DNA from: Lama glama
Taxonomy: Eukaryota
Length of the DNA stretch: 64,000 nt
Reading direction: 5' to 3'
NCBI GenBank assembly: GCA_028534125.1
Contig: CM052816.1
Span: forward strand, 78,990,001-79,054,000
The notes beneath the pieces were generated by a model. It was not told the origin of the DNA, ran no database searches, and worked only from the letters and a program-made list of their open reading frames with translations. Positions 26,311 to 40,068 of the stretch are shown here, piece after piece. The stretch's first letter is position 1; each line of letters opens with the position of its first letter. A program made the position numbers and the translations under genes.

Positions 26311-29300
26311 TTGCGGGTGAACCTTTATTATCTTCAGTGTGCTAAACAAGGCTCTTCATGAATTGGCTTCTATCTACCTCTTGAGTTTCATTTCTGATCA
26401 GTTCCTGTCTTGAACGTCATTTTCCATTGATTTCAAATTGCTTTAGTTTCCACTAGATGTTTTGCTTATTTAATTAAATTTATCTGTGGATCAGCACATT
26501 AAAATTGTTCAAAATGTAAAAGATACAGAAGGGTATATGATGAAAAGTTCTTCTCTTATTCTTGTCACTGTGCACTCAGTTTCTGTCTCTGAAAGTAACC
26601 AATGTTAATCAATTTCTTGTGTTTTCCTTCCAGAAATAATCAGTGTATACAAATCAACACAGTGAAATGTTCTTTTTCTTTATCCCATCCCTTTTACTCA
26701 ATGATAACACATTATTTAAGCTATTCTGCACCTTGTTCTTTTTAAATAGTTTTTAATCAATATTCCATTGTGCACAGATGCCTTAATTTATTAAAATACA
26801 TTCTGTAATGAATAACATTTTTGTTAATTCATAGATATGTGGATCAAGCTCTAAAATACCTAAGAGTGGAACTGCTAAGTCACAAGTCATGTGCGTTTGA
26901 AATTTCAATTAAGCATAGCCAGATTGCTTCCCTTAGAGGCTGTGCCATTGTATACCTCCACCAGCAACCTATGAAGATGCTTGTTTTTTCATAAACAGTT
27001 TATTACATTTTGGGGTCTTTTGCCAACTTGGTAGGTGAAAAATGGCATTTCAGGGTGGTTTGATTTGCACCCTTCAGTGTCTTTACTTTCTCAGCCCTTT
27101 TTGCTTTGAATGCACCTCCATCCTCTAGTCAATTTCTGTTCCTTCTGTGAATTAAATATGTTTGAGAAACATGAGCCTAAACAAAAGATTATTTTTAGTT
27201 TTACTGATGAAAATTTTTTTTGGCAGAAAATGTTTTGAATTCTGTGGAACACAACTTGGAAAATAGAGAGTTAAGGTATACTCCCATAATATTCGCAGTT
27301 AAATAGGAGACTCATAAAGACGTAAAAGGATTGCATATCACAGTAGCTGAAATTCCACCATTAACAGAATCATTGACCAATATGCTTCAGGGCCCTGATA
27401 GTCAACTTCCACTTTGTATCAAACTTACCTGGGAGAGGTTTTAAAAACTACAAACATGTGACCAGCCATGAAATTGTAAATAACATGATTTTTTTTACTG
27501 TGATCACTTTTCCTATGTTTTTAATTATATGAATTATACTCTGAGTAAAGAAAAGTGCTTATTAGTGCATGTTAATATCTTCTCAGTTAGTAAAGTATAA
27601 GTTGATTATTTCACTGCCACTTTACTTCGTAATATGTAACAAAAATATGCCTTTCAAAATATCAGCAAGTGTGCCAGTTTTTTCATGCCTTAGGAAAATT
27701 CATTTTTTTATATACATATATTATATATATATAATATCTTTATAATAAACCACTAGGTGTGGATTGTGCAGCATTCTAATGTGCAAGTTAGACGAACCTC
27801 TGTTCTGTAAAGCATTTGCATTCGAGGGAATTTCAGCAATTTGGCGCGCGCTCTCTCTCTTTTTTTTTTTTTTTCATTTGGCTCTCTTCTGACTGAAAGT
27901 TGGTAGAATTAGGACATGATAAGGAACATGATAAGGCCTTTGTAACTTAATCATTATAATTGAGCCTAATGACTTTTTATAGTTCTCAAGCAGGAGTAAA
28001 ATATATGGCTAATGTTGGAATGTTCGCAGGATATAGTGGGGCAAGTCCTGAATTAAGAGCAGGAGATCTGAGTTGTGATCCTGGTATCAATCTGTTGGTT
28101 TTGTAAACTTGAGGAAATATCCAAACCTCTCTCTCATTATCAGCCTCTTTGACTTTGAAATAGGTATAATAATACCTACTTTTTTTCTTGATTTTTAGGA
28201 AGATCATAGTAAATAATCTATAATTTACATAGTGTAAAGTAGCATAACTAATTCTAATTTTACAGCCACAATAATGATTTTGTGAATATCATTGTTAGAT
28301 TTATTAAATTATATACCTATAAATGGCACTGATTTGATCGCTTCAAAATAGTTTCCTTTACTAAGGTAAATCACTGAAGTAACTGAAGATTTGTTGAATT
28401 TGACTCTGCTCAGTATTTTTTAAAAACCAATTTCTTAGAGGAGGTTGTAATTTTTGAATTTTTTACTTTACATTAAAAACAATTTTTGTAATGGAGAAAA
28501 GAGTTATAAAAATTATGATCTGCTTTAGAAATGCTTGCTTGCTTTCAGTGTCACTGTTGCCAGCATTTCAGGAAGTTTGTTGATTGGCTTACTTTGTCTT
28601 AAGTGTCAATTTTAAATATTTATTCACCAGTTCATTCACTGAGCACCTGCTGAGTGCTGGGCATCCTGCTAAGTTCTGGGGAATTATGGTGAACAGACAG
28701 GGTTTCCAAATGCGTGGAGAAAATACATTAAATCATAACTATTTATAAGTGGTTCATGGGAATACAGAAAGGAGAATAATTTGGGGAAGGGCAGAGATCA
28801 AGGGGCAAAAAGAAGACCCCTGAATGCTTTTTCAATTTTTAAGTAGACTTTTTAGTGATCTTTTTAAAGTTTAGATTTTTTCGGTTATGAAACGTTTCTA
28901 CCACATAGAAAAGTTTCAGAACATAACTAGATACCTGTGTATCCAGCTATGTAGACTTAACATATTATTTTGTTGTCTTCAGATATTTTTAAAGGAAATA
29001 TTATAGTTACAACTAAAGCCCTGTCCTTCCAACTTTTTCTCGCCCTCCCTTCTCAGAGGTAACCACTAGTTTGTATCTTTCTCATCCATATATTATATAT
29101 TATATATTTATTAATATGACTATGTCCATAAAGAGTGTAATATTTTGTGTCTTTAAAAAGTTACACCAATAATATCATTCTTTAGAATGTGTTTATTTTT
29201 TAGAAATTTGCTTTTCTTAATTCACTATTGGTTTTCTATGTTGATATATGTGAATTCATTTTAACAGCTGTATATTATTGCATTGTTTGGATAATTAGGT

Positions 29301-32300
29301 TTTTTCCTATTTTTCCACTAGTTAAAAAAATGCTGTAATTAAAGTACAAATAATGTTTCCATAAGCATTGAATGACTTTCTGATCCCTGCGTTCTCATCA
29401 GCACTCCATAGACTGTAATGTTTTTGCCCATGTAATGAGAGTGAAATTGTATCTTTTAATTTTAGGATGTTTAAATTAAGTATTGAAGAATAAGGAAGAA
29501 TTTTTATGTGAAGGAGAGGGAACAGTACTAGCAAGACACTGGGAAAGTTCATATTTTTTGCCAACAGAACTCAAACATTGGTGACTAATTCCCAGTCAGG
29601 AAAAGTTTACATCATGACAAACTCATGTTTGAAATAGAAGAGAACATGAAACAATTTACCCTTGTTACATGTAGTATAGTGTATTTTCTCTTTAGTAATA
29701 GTGCTGGTTGTGGTCATTAGATTGATGTGGTAACTGTTCTAAGGGCAATTTGAAAATCATTACTCAAGAGTGAGTATTATTGAGGCTAAGCAGGTAGGCT
29801 GGGCCTTATAAAGTTGTTAAATGCCATGGTTTTATCTTATAGTGGTTCTCAGTCTTTTAGCAGCAGAACACAACCCTTGCTCAGCCTTACTCTCTTTCCC
29901 CACAGGAGTGGAGTGATGGGTCAGTTTTTCTGAGACTTCACCGTTATGGGACTAGTATGAAAGCAGGCTTGTGGTGGTGGTGGTGGTTAGATGGGGGGAA
30001 TGGGAAATACCTTTTTAAAAAGAAGAACCTGGTTTAGAAATTTGAGAGGCAAGCTATTGCATGAGACCAGATAGGAGCTGATGGTGTCCAGAACTCAAGC
30101 AGTGGCAGCATGACTGTGAAGGACAGATTGGAGGAACAGTTTACAGGTATAATTATTGGTCTTCCTCACTGACTGTGGAGATTTTAAGGGGAAAATTAAA
30201 GGTGACACCTGGGGTTTATTCTGTTGACTGGGTAAATGGAGGTACTTTGGGATTCCAAAGGGCAAATTAGAAGGAGGAATATGTAATCAGATTTTGATGG
30301 TTTTGGGAAGAGGTACCCCGTCTGCCTCTTGGTGGATATAAAGGGTAGGCATTTGAAAATTTGAGCCTATAACTCAAGAAGCAGGCTTGAGCTAACAGTA
30401 TAATTCCATAGTTTCTGGCGCATACTTAGTAGATCAAGTCCCTAGAGAGGGGAGATAACAAAAATGAAATGGGAGCAGATAAGAAAGCCAGAGATGGAAC
30501 CTTGAGCAATCCCAACATACAAGGGGATAGGTAAACAGAAGTAAGAGGAATGCAGAGGTAGGAAGGGAACAGTGGGGAAAGTAAAAGTGAGTGCCTGAGA
30601 GAAAGGGTAAATGGAACTGAAATGATCCAAGGTAAATACCAAATATATCTCAAGAAATATTTAGGGTTCCCTGTACCTAGCTTCATCATGCTCTGTAAAT
30701 AGTTTACTTTCTAGCTGTCAGTTAGGTGGCACTAATCCTTCTAAGGCAATTTGAGTAGTGCTTAGCATACCATTTAAGTGTATTCTTCTAAGAGTGCCTA
30801 AATTATGCTCAGTGAGTTTACATACCAAACTCATTGCCTCATAAGTATGTGCACTTCTTATGTGTTAAATTTAAAAACACCTATTTCCTTCCCTTACTGA
30901 GATTTCATGGAAATTACATGGAGTACAAAATAGTAACACTCATCTGACTCATAAAACAAGTTTAAGAAATTTGTGTTTGTAATGGATTCAATTTTGGTCA
31001 TGTAAAAGTGTCTGTGAAGCTTTAATAGAAGCGTTTGGGCCATTTAGAAAATAGTGTAACTATCACATTTGGCCAAAAGGTGTGGTAAATTTCTGTCTTC
31101 AGAATCTTTTTTTTCTCTTTCATGTTGTATTGTGTTTTAACCTCAGAGGCAAATGGGGAGAAGTGATGGTGGCTTTTTGAAATTTTTAGGAGAAATTGTG
31201 TTGCTTATACTGAAATATATCTACTTGTAGATCTTTTATATTCACACTTTTTTTTCCAAGTATCTTGGTAATCTTAAAAAATTTTTTTAATGCAGATAAA
31301 AACTAACAAGTTTTTTGAGAAAAAAGAAAGAATATATTTAAGACTTTGTTGCTAATATGTAAGGTATAGTATTGCAGAGTTGAGAATGTATTCTAAATTT
31401 CAGTAATTCCTCTAACCTCTTAATTATAAGACATTTTACAGAGGATTCATGTGTTCTTGTTTTTGTCTGATTAAAGTGTGTTTTTAAATATTTGAAGTCT
31501 TATTATTTTCAGAGGGCTAGCTTTTGAATATTAAAACTTTTAAAAATAGAAGAGCCAGTTGAATAAATGATTTAAGACTTTCTAAAAAAAAAAAGACTTA
31601 TGAAATGACATTGCTGCTCCAATATTAAGTATCTCATGTTCAATGAACTTTGTCTTTAGATTTGGAATTTTAGTTTTGGTGGCAAAATGTATTAAAATCA
31701 TGGAAAACTTAGTTTTCTGTTAGTTTTCCAAAATTATTTTCCCCACAAATTCAAATGTCCTTTGCCATCTCAAACCAAAATTTCCTAAAATTCAACTGCT
31801 GAGTAATCTTAATTTTCTGGAGTTTTTTGAGAGCCAGGAACCAAAGCTCCTGAACCACCAAATTAGAATTAACAATACCCATATGTAGGATTTATGTCCT
31901 TTATTCCTGGGCACATGTTCTGTATTGTCCAAACCAAAAATTGTAGCATAAGATTCAATTGCCTGGACAGGGAATTGAAGTCCGAAGGACATTTACCCGT
32001 AAGTTTTATTTATTGCAGGTTAGAAGCAGTAAATCTGATGAAATTATTTTAGTAAACATTGTGCATTTGAATTAGTTCTCACTGTCCTTAGCAGTTTTCA
32101 GTGTTGCATTTAATACATTTGACTGAGCTCAACTAGTGTGTAAATGAACACAGTAGTAGGCACTCAGATATTTTTATGAGTAAGTTTAGTTTTTTAGAGC
32201 TTAATTTCTAGCTATGTGAAGTGCTAACTCTTGAAATGGGCTCATGAGAGGTAACTATTGTAATAAAATAATATACCATGGACACTAATCTGCCAAAAAA

Positions 32301-33109
32301 TCAGGGGCTTGATATTGAGCACATTAATTTTAGATGCCTGTTAGATATCCAGAAAAAGATACCAGATACACAGTTGGGTACATTCACTTGGAGCCCTAAA
32401 GTTAGGACAGGATTAGAGATAGCAATTGGGAGTCATTAGCATTAGCATTCAAGAGCTGTTTTAAAGCCTTGAAACTAGAGATCCTTAGGGAAAGAGCAGA
32501 AAAGAAAATCATTGTGATCCATATTCATTGAGAGGCGGTTAGTGCAGTTTTAGTTAATCTGTGGCTGGGTTATGGAAGTAATAATCTGAGTATTAATGCT
32601 ATGTTCATCCATATTCAGAAATTTCACTCTCAGAATAGTTTTTCAAACCTGATTTGTTGATTAAAGTAAATGAATGATTATCTAATCATTACCTTGGTTG
32701 CTACTTTCCTTTAAAAAATATTCTTGACATTGGTTTTCTCTTCTGAATATAATGAGGGATATGTCTGACTTGTACAGGCTGTCTGACCTTGTATATGTGA
32801 GTTAACATCTGTGGATTAATTTTGAAATAGCCAAATGTATCCTCAGCTCCTCGTTTGAAGAGCATATGTTTCCCTGTAGATTATAGAGTGAGGACAACAC
32901 CATTTTAAAAGTCTTAACCCATTATTCATAAACAAGACTGGAAGGTAGGTATCAAAATATTAACATTAATTATCTGGAAGTAAATAAGATTATATGTAAT
33001 TTTAATTTTTTCAAATATGTATCTTCCATGTTACAACCTTTTTTAAAAAGTGAAATATGTATCATTTAAAATGCTATTGAAAAATTGGTTTAACTTTGTA
33101 ATTCAGTAA

Positions 33110-34435
33110 GTTATGATTTTAAACAAGATTTCATTATTTTTTATGAGTAATATTCCATTGTATCTATAGAGGCAGCATGTATATGGGTCTTGTTTTGTAT
33201 CCATCCATTCTTTGTCTTTTGATTGGAACATTTAGTCCATTTACACTTAAAGTAATTATTTATAGGAATGTGCTTACTGCCATTTTGTTAATTGTTTGGG
33301 GTGGTTTTTGTAGTCCTTTTTTATTCCTTTCTTTTGTTCTTTTCCCTTGTGACTTGATGACTGTCTTTAGTGTTTGGATTCCTTTCTTTTTTCTGTGTGT
33401 GAATCTGTTACTGATTTTTGGTTTGTGTCTACTCTGAGGTTTATATCTAGCAACTTGTATACATATGAAATTTCCTAATCTCTTAAGTTCATTCAGATTT
33501 GATGGAGAGATCAAAAGTTTTACAGACAAGCAAAACTTGCTCATCTACTCCTCTGAATCATCTAATGTAATGTTGATCCCTTCTAGTGTATTTGTCCTGT
33601 GTGTCCCAGTCTAGTCATTAGAGCTGTATGCTCCAGGGATGCCCCCTGTGTGGGCTGCATGGGTCCTTCTGTTGTGATGATCTGGTAGGCATGACTGGCC
33701 CCATGTCTGGTTGGTTATCAGGCCTTGCCTTGTATGATGGCTGCCAACTGTTGTTGAGTTGGGCTGGGTCACAAGGCTACTGGCTGCAGAGCCCTGGGGT
33801 TCCTTTGGTTAGTGCTGGCCCACTAGTGGGCAGAGCTGGGTTCTGGAGTGGGTGGTTGTAGGGCCAGGGGTCCTGGGTCTAGTATTCGCCTGCTCGTGGG
33901 CAGGGCTGGTTCTTGACATGACTGTCTGTGGGGCCAGGAGTGTCCCAAAGCTGGTGTCAGCCTACTGTTGGTGGCATCAGATCCTGAGGCAGCTGGCTGA
34001 GGGGCCCAAGGTGTCCCAGAGCTGGTGTTGACCTGTTGGTGAGTGGGCTGGTCCTGATACAGCAAGCTGTAGGGATGTAGTTGTCCTGGGGCTGGTTTTC
34101 CCCTGGGGTTGGTGTCCCCATGGTGGGCAGGGCTAGGATCAAGGGAATCCAAAGCCAAATGTTCTGGGGACTCATCTTCCCAGTGCAGGGCCAGTGGGCT
34201 GGGGAGCCTAGTGTGAGGCTCAGACTCCTGGCTTCTTGGGAAGAATTTCTGCAGTTGTAATTATTTTCCCTGTTTATGGGTTGCCCACTCGGGGTATGGG
34301 TCTTGACTTTATTGTGTCTCTGCCCCTCTTACCCATCTTGTGGTTCTCTCATATCTTTAGTTGTAGAAGATCTTTTCTGCCAGTGTTCCAGTTTTTCTCC
34401 TCAATAGTTTCTCTGCTAATAATTGTAATTTTGGT
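33110..34435 (-). mobile_element. Rearranged, internally deleted L1 (5' UTR-like, ORF1, ORF2-start and 3' UTR pieces)
   Basis: Minus strand near 33283-33200 reads MAVSTFL*IITLSVNGLNVPIKRQR (ORF2 endonuclease start). Plus strand 33489-33533 reads SFRFDGEIKSFTDKQ (ORF1 C-terminal region). 33600-34435 is a GC-richer repetitive block resembling an L1 5' UTR. Confidence 0.8.
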
Positions 34436-35102
34436 GCTCCCCAAAATAACATGTTTTTTGATTCTAGCATTCACTCTAGTGGACATATTTTCTACTTGAT
34501 GATTAAATGGATGTCTCGAAACTTCTCTCTCAACATTTAACTTTATGGATTACACAGAAGACATACACTTTAAAAATATTAATGATAAGAAATGACATAA
34601 AATGTCACTCCAAATAACTAGGAAAGACAATTCTTGAAGGCTGTATATCTTTATATCTAAAAGTTACCCATTCTCAGGGAGCTAACAAATCCTTTTTTTG
34701 GATTGTGTAAATTCCAAATAAGAGTTCATAAATCTGAACACAAGAGAGCTGCAAATCCATGTGGAACAAAGGTCATCTAACTGCCTTCTGAAATACTAGT
34801 TCATCTTTGGTCTTCAGTAGCTATATACAGTTTGTTAAAAATCCACTTAAAAAATGAAACACTCAAGCTATACAACATACAGTTTTTGCGATCCTGTTGA
34901 TACATTATAGGAAACCTAATGCTGTATTTGGTATTAAAACCAAATTGACTTCCTAGAACCAGACTTTCTAGTTAAGTTTACAATTGTAGGTTTCATAGGT
35001 GGTCATTAATATATACCTTCAAAAAAAATTCTTTTTTAAAAGAAATATAATATGTAATACATATAATATAATAAGACAAAATTTGTTTTATTTTGATAAC
35101 AG

Positions 35103-35191
35103 CTTGCATTGAAAGGCTCTAGCTACAGTGGACTGCTTGAACGACATCATATTCACACCAAAAATGTAGAACATATTCTAGATAGTTTACG
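35103..35191 (+). CDS. NADK2: NADK2 exon 2 (89 nt)
   Basis: acag|CTT...TTA CG|gtaag; LALKGSSYSGLLERHHIHTKNVEHILDSLR. Confidence 0.97.
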
Positions 35192-35997
35192 GTAAGTCTG
35201 TGGGATCAGCCATGGGTGGGCTTTTGTATTTAGGACTTTTAGTTTCTATTTTTACTAGCAGCTAATACATAGATTTTTTAGTAAAGTTTGCCATTATAAA
35301 ATTATTTTCTGAAAAATTGTCCTGGCTCATGGAACTGATATTATAATATTTATAAGTAAATTTTTATTATATTCTGAAAATTTCGCAGATTTTCAATTAT
35401 TATTTGGTCTGCCTGAGAAGTGCCTTTTCTACAGAGTTAATTTTGTACACAGCAGGCTTCAACTGTATGAGTAATGTTTTATTTCTTAGAATTATATAGG
35501 TATTCATTATAATATTTTTTGAATGTCTAAAAATTGTAATTTTAGAAACCGTGGTTAATTCAGGACTAAATGAGTCGATGCATAAGTTTATGTGTATGCA
35601 AGAGAATTGGTATGAGGACATGCAAATTAGAACATACTTTAGTCACAATTTCAGTATCTGACACTCAGTATTTGTTGGGTTAGTCTTCTGGGCCATTTTG
35701 TATTAATGAATTTTAGCTTTAGAAAGAGGAAAGAAAATGAAATTCTAATTAATCAATATTGCTGTTTGTCAGGGGCTTTAAAAGATGTTTTAAAAGCACA
35801 TGGAGATTTGGGATAGTTTATTTACTACTTCCTGGCTTAGTTAATTGGTTGTGTAGTTAAATGAAAATGAAGCTGACTTTACAAAGCTAAACATAAATTT
35901 GTTTATTTTAAATCTTTATTATAATAATCTGCCTTTCAAAAAACATACTCCTTTATGTTAGTGGAAATTTTATATACTCTTTCTTTTTTTATCTTAG

Positions 35998-36086
35998 GAA
36001 AGAGGGAATTGAGGTTCGTCTAGTAAAGAGGAGAGAATATGATGAAGAAACTGTTCGATGGGCAGATGCTGTCATAGCTGCAGGAG
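35998..36086 (+). CDS. NADK2: NADK2 exon 3 (89 nt)
   Basis: cttag|G AAA...GGA G|gtaat; KEGIEVRLVKRREYDEETVRWADAVIAAG; start of the GGDGT motif. Confidence 0.97.
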
Positions 36087-36653
36087 GTAATAGTTTTACA
36101 GAGATAAAGGTGTTTGAATATGGAAGTGCTCTTTAATACTAGTATTTCCAAATACCCTGTGGTCTAGCAGTAGTGAAGCCTTCGGAGTCCTACTACAGGA
36201 CAAATTTTTTTTGGTTTTTAGGTCAGGTTTAAAAAGATGCGCTTCAGAGAACATTCTACTTTTCTAGTGAATGATGTTACTATGAGGTTCTGTGCATATT
36301 TTTCTTGTGTATATTTAAGGTGTACATTTAACTTCAAATATGATTCAAAGGATTATTTACAACTGTGTTTTGATTTAGTTATGTCAGTCTTAAAAAAAGG
36401 TTGAATTTAAGAATTTAATGAAATTAGATAAATTCTGTCCCTCTTTGGCCCCAGTATACTTATGCTTATTTTTTTCCTGAACTTTATTATTATTTTAGTG
36501 ACCATTTTTTCTAAATTTTCACATTTTTTGGAGAGAAAAATCCAAAATTGGACTCTATTGTTGGATATAGTCTCATTAAAATAATTTATGAATTTGGACT
36601 GATGTTATGAGAGAGGGGAAGAGGACTGGCTAGTAGAAGTGGTAGGATTAGAA

Positions 36654-36808
36654 CAGTGGTTCCCAGCTGGGGGATACTATTGGCATCTAATGGGTATAGA
36701 ACAGGGATTCTGCCTCCCATCCTACGATGCTCAGGACAGCCTCCCACAACAAGGAATTATCTGGCCTAAAATTATCTGGTCAATCTTACCACTGTTGAGA
36801 AATTCTTC
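36654..36808. mobile_element. MER20-like DNA transposon remnant
   Basis: cagtggttc...tggcatctaatgggta...caggacagcctcccacaacaaggaattatctggcctaaaat...gttgagaaa. Confidence 0.75.
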
Positions 36809-36974
36809 ATTAGAGCGGGAGAGATAATACAGAAGGGATAGTGTGTAGAAAGGAAGTGGAGTAGACTGTGGCAGCCATCAGGAGGGGGTGAGGGTGTGCT
36901 TGTTAAAAGAACTAGTGTTCAAAATGTTAAAAACTAGTTTTATAACAAGTCTGGTTATGTCTTACATCCTTTAG

Positions 36975-37056
36975 GTGATGGCACAATGCTTTTGGCAGCA
37001 AGTAAAGTCTTGGACAGACTAAAACCGGTTATTGGAGTTAACACTGACCCAGAACG
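36975..37056 (+). CDS. NADK2: NADK2 exon 4 (82 nt)
   Basis: ttag|GT GAT GGC ACA...GAA CG|gtaag; (G)DGTMLLAASKVLDRLKPVIGVNTDPER, completing the NAD-kinase GGDGT motif. Confidence 0.97.
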
Positions 37057-39242
37057 GTAAGGAAAACTTTTTGTGTGTGTGTGTTATACAGACATTTATG
37101 CTTTGCTTTGCATAGTGTCTGTTTATGATAAGTCTTAAATATTGGAAGCTCTTCATTTTGTTGCTGTAAGAAGTTTACTATGGTGCATGCTGTTTAAGTG
37201 GAAGCATCACCATTCCTGGCTATTGTGAATGTTAGAACCATGTTCCAAAATCATTTTAGTGATGAAATTTAGGCATGTAGAATTGATCTCTATCTATAGT
37301 AGATTTCTCTTCTATGTAGTTATTTTCAAGGACATAACTCTCTTTTTTAGCCTAGTATGAGAAATATATATGTATTTAGCTGGCATTGCATGTAGAAAGT
37401 TATATGATAATTAAATGATATGGGATGGACAAGTCCTCAATGTTTGACTTCCCAGATAGTTTGGGAGTAGTGTCTTTGGCAGAATAGATCTGAGCCCTTG
37501 ACCCAGGTGAGGATTGGTGACTTTTGGTGTTGCTGAAGATGGATGAGTTGATGATGTTCCATCTTCTACCCTTCCTATAGCTCTTGTCTACATTCCTGAT
37601 TATGCCTTCACTGATTTCCTGGGTGACTTAATAAACAGACCAAACTCTATTATCATTTTTTTCCCTTTCCTCAGCTTCACTGACATTTATCCCTATTGTA
37701 TTCCAGCCACCCACAGCCATGATCATCCCTGGACTTTGCGATCATCTAGAAGGTCTCCATCTCTCAAAACAGCAGTCTTTATGCCCTCAATCCTAGTAAA
37801 TCTGCCCTTTGACTTTCAGTGTGTCGATCCACTCCATTTTTTTCTCTTAATTCTCCCTCACTTCATTCACTTTCTTGACAAATTTCTTAAATATTTTGTA
37901 CCATTATCTTTCTGCTCAATCATAGATGAGTCTATTATCCTTTCGATTCCTATATCAGCACTGCTGAGGCCATCTGGGAAAAAAAAAATCATAGGAATTT
38001 GGCCTTGGGGGCCAAGTTTGGGCTTTGGTTGCCCAAATTTACTTCCAGTTTGTAATTTCTAGCTCTTAGATCTGAGCACTCAAAGTTACTCAATAGTCTT
38101 TCCCTGTGGCCCAGGTCATCCCTCATCCCCATTCTGTGTGGTAGCTACTTCAGGAGTGGTTCTCAGCTTCCCTGTACCTGTTGCTTTCCTTACCCTTCAT
38201 CCTTTAACACACCCTTCTTTATCTCGGAGGAAATGAAGCTACTGGATTAGAACTTCAACTTTTTCCCCCTTAAAAATTTTTTTTTGTTCTGTCATTTGTT
38301 CCCTTTTTTCCTGTCTCCTTTTTGCACATGATTGCTTACAACCTAAAAACTTGTTCAAGACTGCCATCTTTCAAGAAAATTTAATAAATCTTTTACCCTT
38401 TGCCTCTTCTCTAGGCTGTTATCCCTTTTCCTTCCCTTTACTCCCAGGCTTGGTATCTCCACTTTCTTACTCCACAGTTATTTTCTAAACCTTTGCAGTC
38501 TTTTCTGGATTTTCCCCTAACTGCTTCATTGACACTGGTTTTGCCTTACATAACAGTTGATATCCTGAACTTACTGGATATTCCTTTTCTTCCTTGATTT
38601 CTGGGAAATTTTTGGTGCTTTGTTGCATCTGTACTTCTTTGGCATTTATGACACCCCTTTCTTTTTGTTTATGTAGCTACTTCTTTGTCTCTATGTCTCT
38701 ATCTCTTTTGAAGGATCCTATTTTTTGGTCACTACTCAAATACTGTTGTTTTCACATACTATCTTGATGCATGGATCATCTGCTGAAGCTGTGACAAAAT
38801 GTCCTTCCCTCCTTTAATCAAATTGTTCTAGGGATCTGGTTATGAGTTTTAGAGATGCTACCTTTGAGTTTATTTCTTGCCATCCTCACTGCTATTAAAC
38901 TTAGCTCAGGCCTTTCTAGTTTGTGTTTAAATTACAGCAGTAGCTTCCAGTCTCGTTCTTTCCAACCCATCCTTTATACTTTGCTGTAGTATTCTTTCTA
39001 AAGTACAAATCTGATTGTATCCACTCCTTAATTAAAATCCTTTAGAGCTTCCCCATCACTTTCAGGATACATTGCAAATTCCTTAACATACTATATATGA
39101 TCTTTCACCATCTGTTATCTGTCTGCTTTTCTGGTTTCTTCTAGCCTCATTTACCCATAGGCACTATACATTCTTCAGCTAAAAAAAAAAAAAGACTAGT
39201 GCTACTCTAGGAATATTCTAGAATCTTTCCTAAAGGCTGTTC

Positions 39243-39602
39243 CTTTTTTTAAATTGTATTTTCCCCCAGTTTTATTGAGGTATAATTGGTATCTAAGCAC
39301 TGTATAAGTTTAAGGTGTACATCAGATGAATGACTTGACTTACACATGTTGTGAAATGATCACCACAATAAATTTAGTTAACATCTGTCATCTCTTATAG
39401 CTACAAAAAAGGAAAAAAAGGTTTTTTTCCTTTATGATGAGAACTCTTAGGATCTACTCTCTTAATAACTTTCAAATATACCATACAGTAGTGTTAACTA
39501 TGCCACTGTGTTGTACATTACAACCCTAGTACTTACTTACCTTCTAACTGGAAGTTTATATCTTTTGACTACCTTCATTCAGTCCCTCCTCCCCTAAACT
39601 GG
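39243..39602 (-). mobile_element. L1 3' UTR fragment (L1MA9-like)
   Basis: Poly-T then ttttattgaggtataattg...tttaaggtgtaca...ttagttaacatc; possible TSD aggctgttc at 39234-39242 and 39603-39611. Confidence 0.8.
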
Positions 39603-39941
39603 AGGCTGTTCTAAGTGCAGTGTAATGTGTGAGCATCCTAATGCCATGGTTGGAGGCTCCCATATGGCAGCTTTAACTCTGGTGAGGAGCTTTGTTGATA
39701 TTTAAGATAGCAAGGTGTGAAAGAGTAAGTGCAACTTCTCCAGGAGGCCCATGTTTTTCTCATGCCTTTGCCTAGAGTGTCCTTACACCACTTACTCATT
39801 GTGTAGCTCTTGTTCATTCAAGACTAGTGCCTCTCCTGGCTCTGACTGTGATTCCCTATCAGAGAGCGCTTATCTCTTCATATATTTTCTGCTTATTTGT
39901 CTCTTCCATTACACTATAAATTCCTTAATTATAGGACTTTT

Positions 39942-40068
39942 TTTTAAAAAAAAAGTTGGGTTTATTATTCATTTATTTCTATTTGGAGGAGGTACTGGTG
40001 ATTGAACCTGGGACCTCGTGCATGTCAAGCATGTGTGCTACCACTTGAGCTATACCCTCCCACCCAAA
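39942..40068 (-). mobile_element. tRNA-Ala-derived SINE (Vic-1-like)
   Basis: Reverse complement gggtatagctcaagtggtagcacacatgcttgacatgcacgaggtcccaggttcaatcaccagtacctcc resembles tRNA-Ala with A/B boxes; 12-bp TSD tataggactttt at 39930-39941 and 40069-40080. Confidence 0.88.

Noticed and set aside
33177..34499. Cluster of 70-110-aa ORFs
   Set aside because: All lie within decayed L1 sequence with stops and frameshifts.
39980..40060. tRNA-Ala-like sequence
   Set aside because: Diverged stems, an A-rich tail and a TSD show it is a SINE, not a functional tRNA gene.
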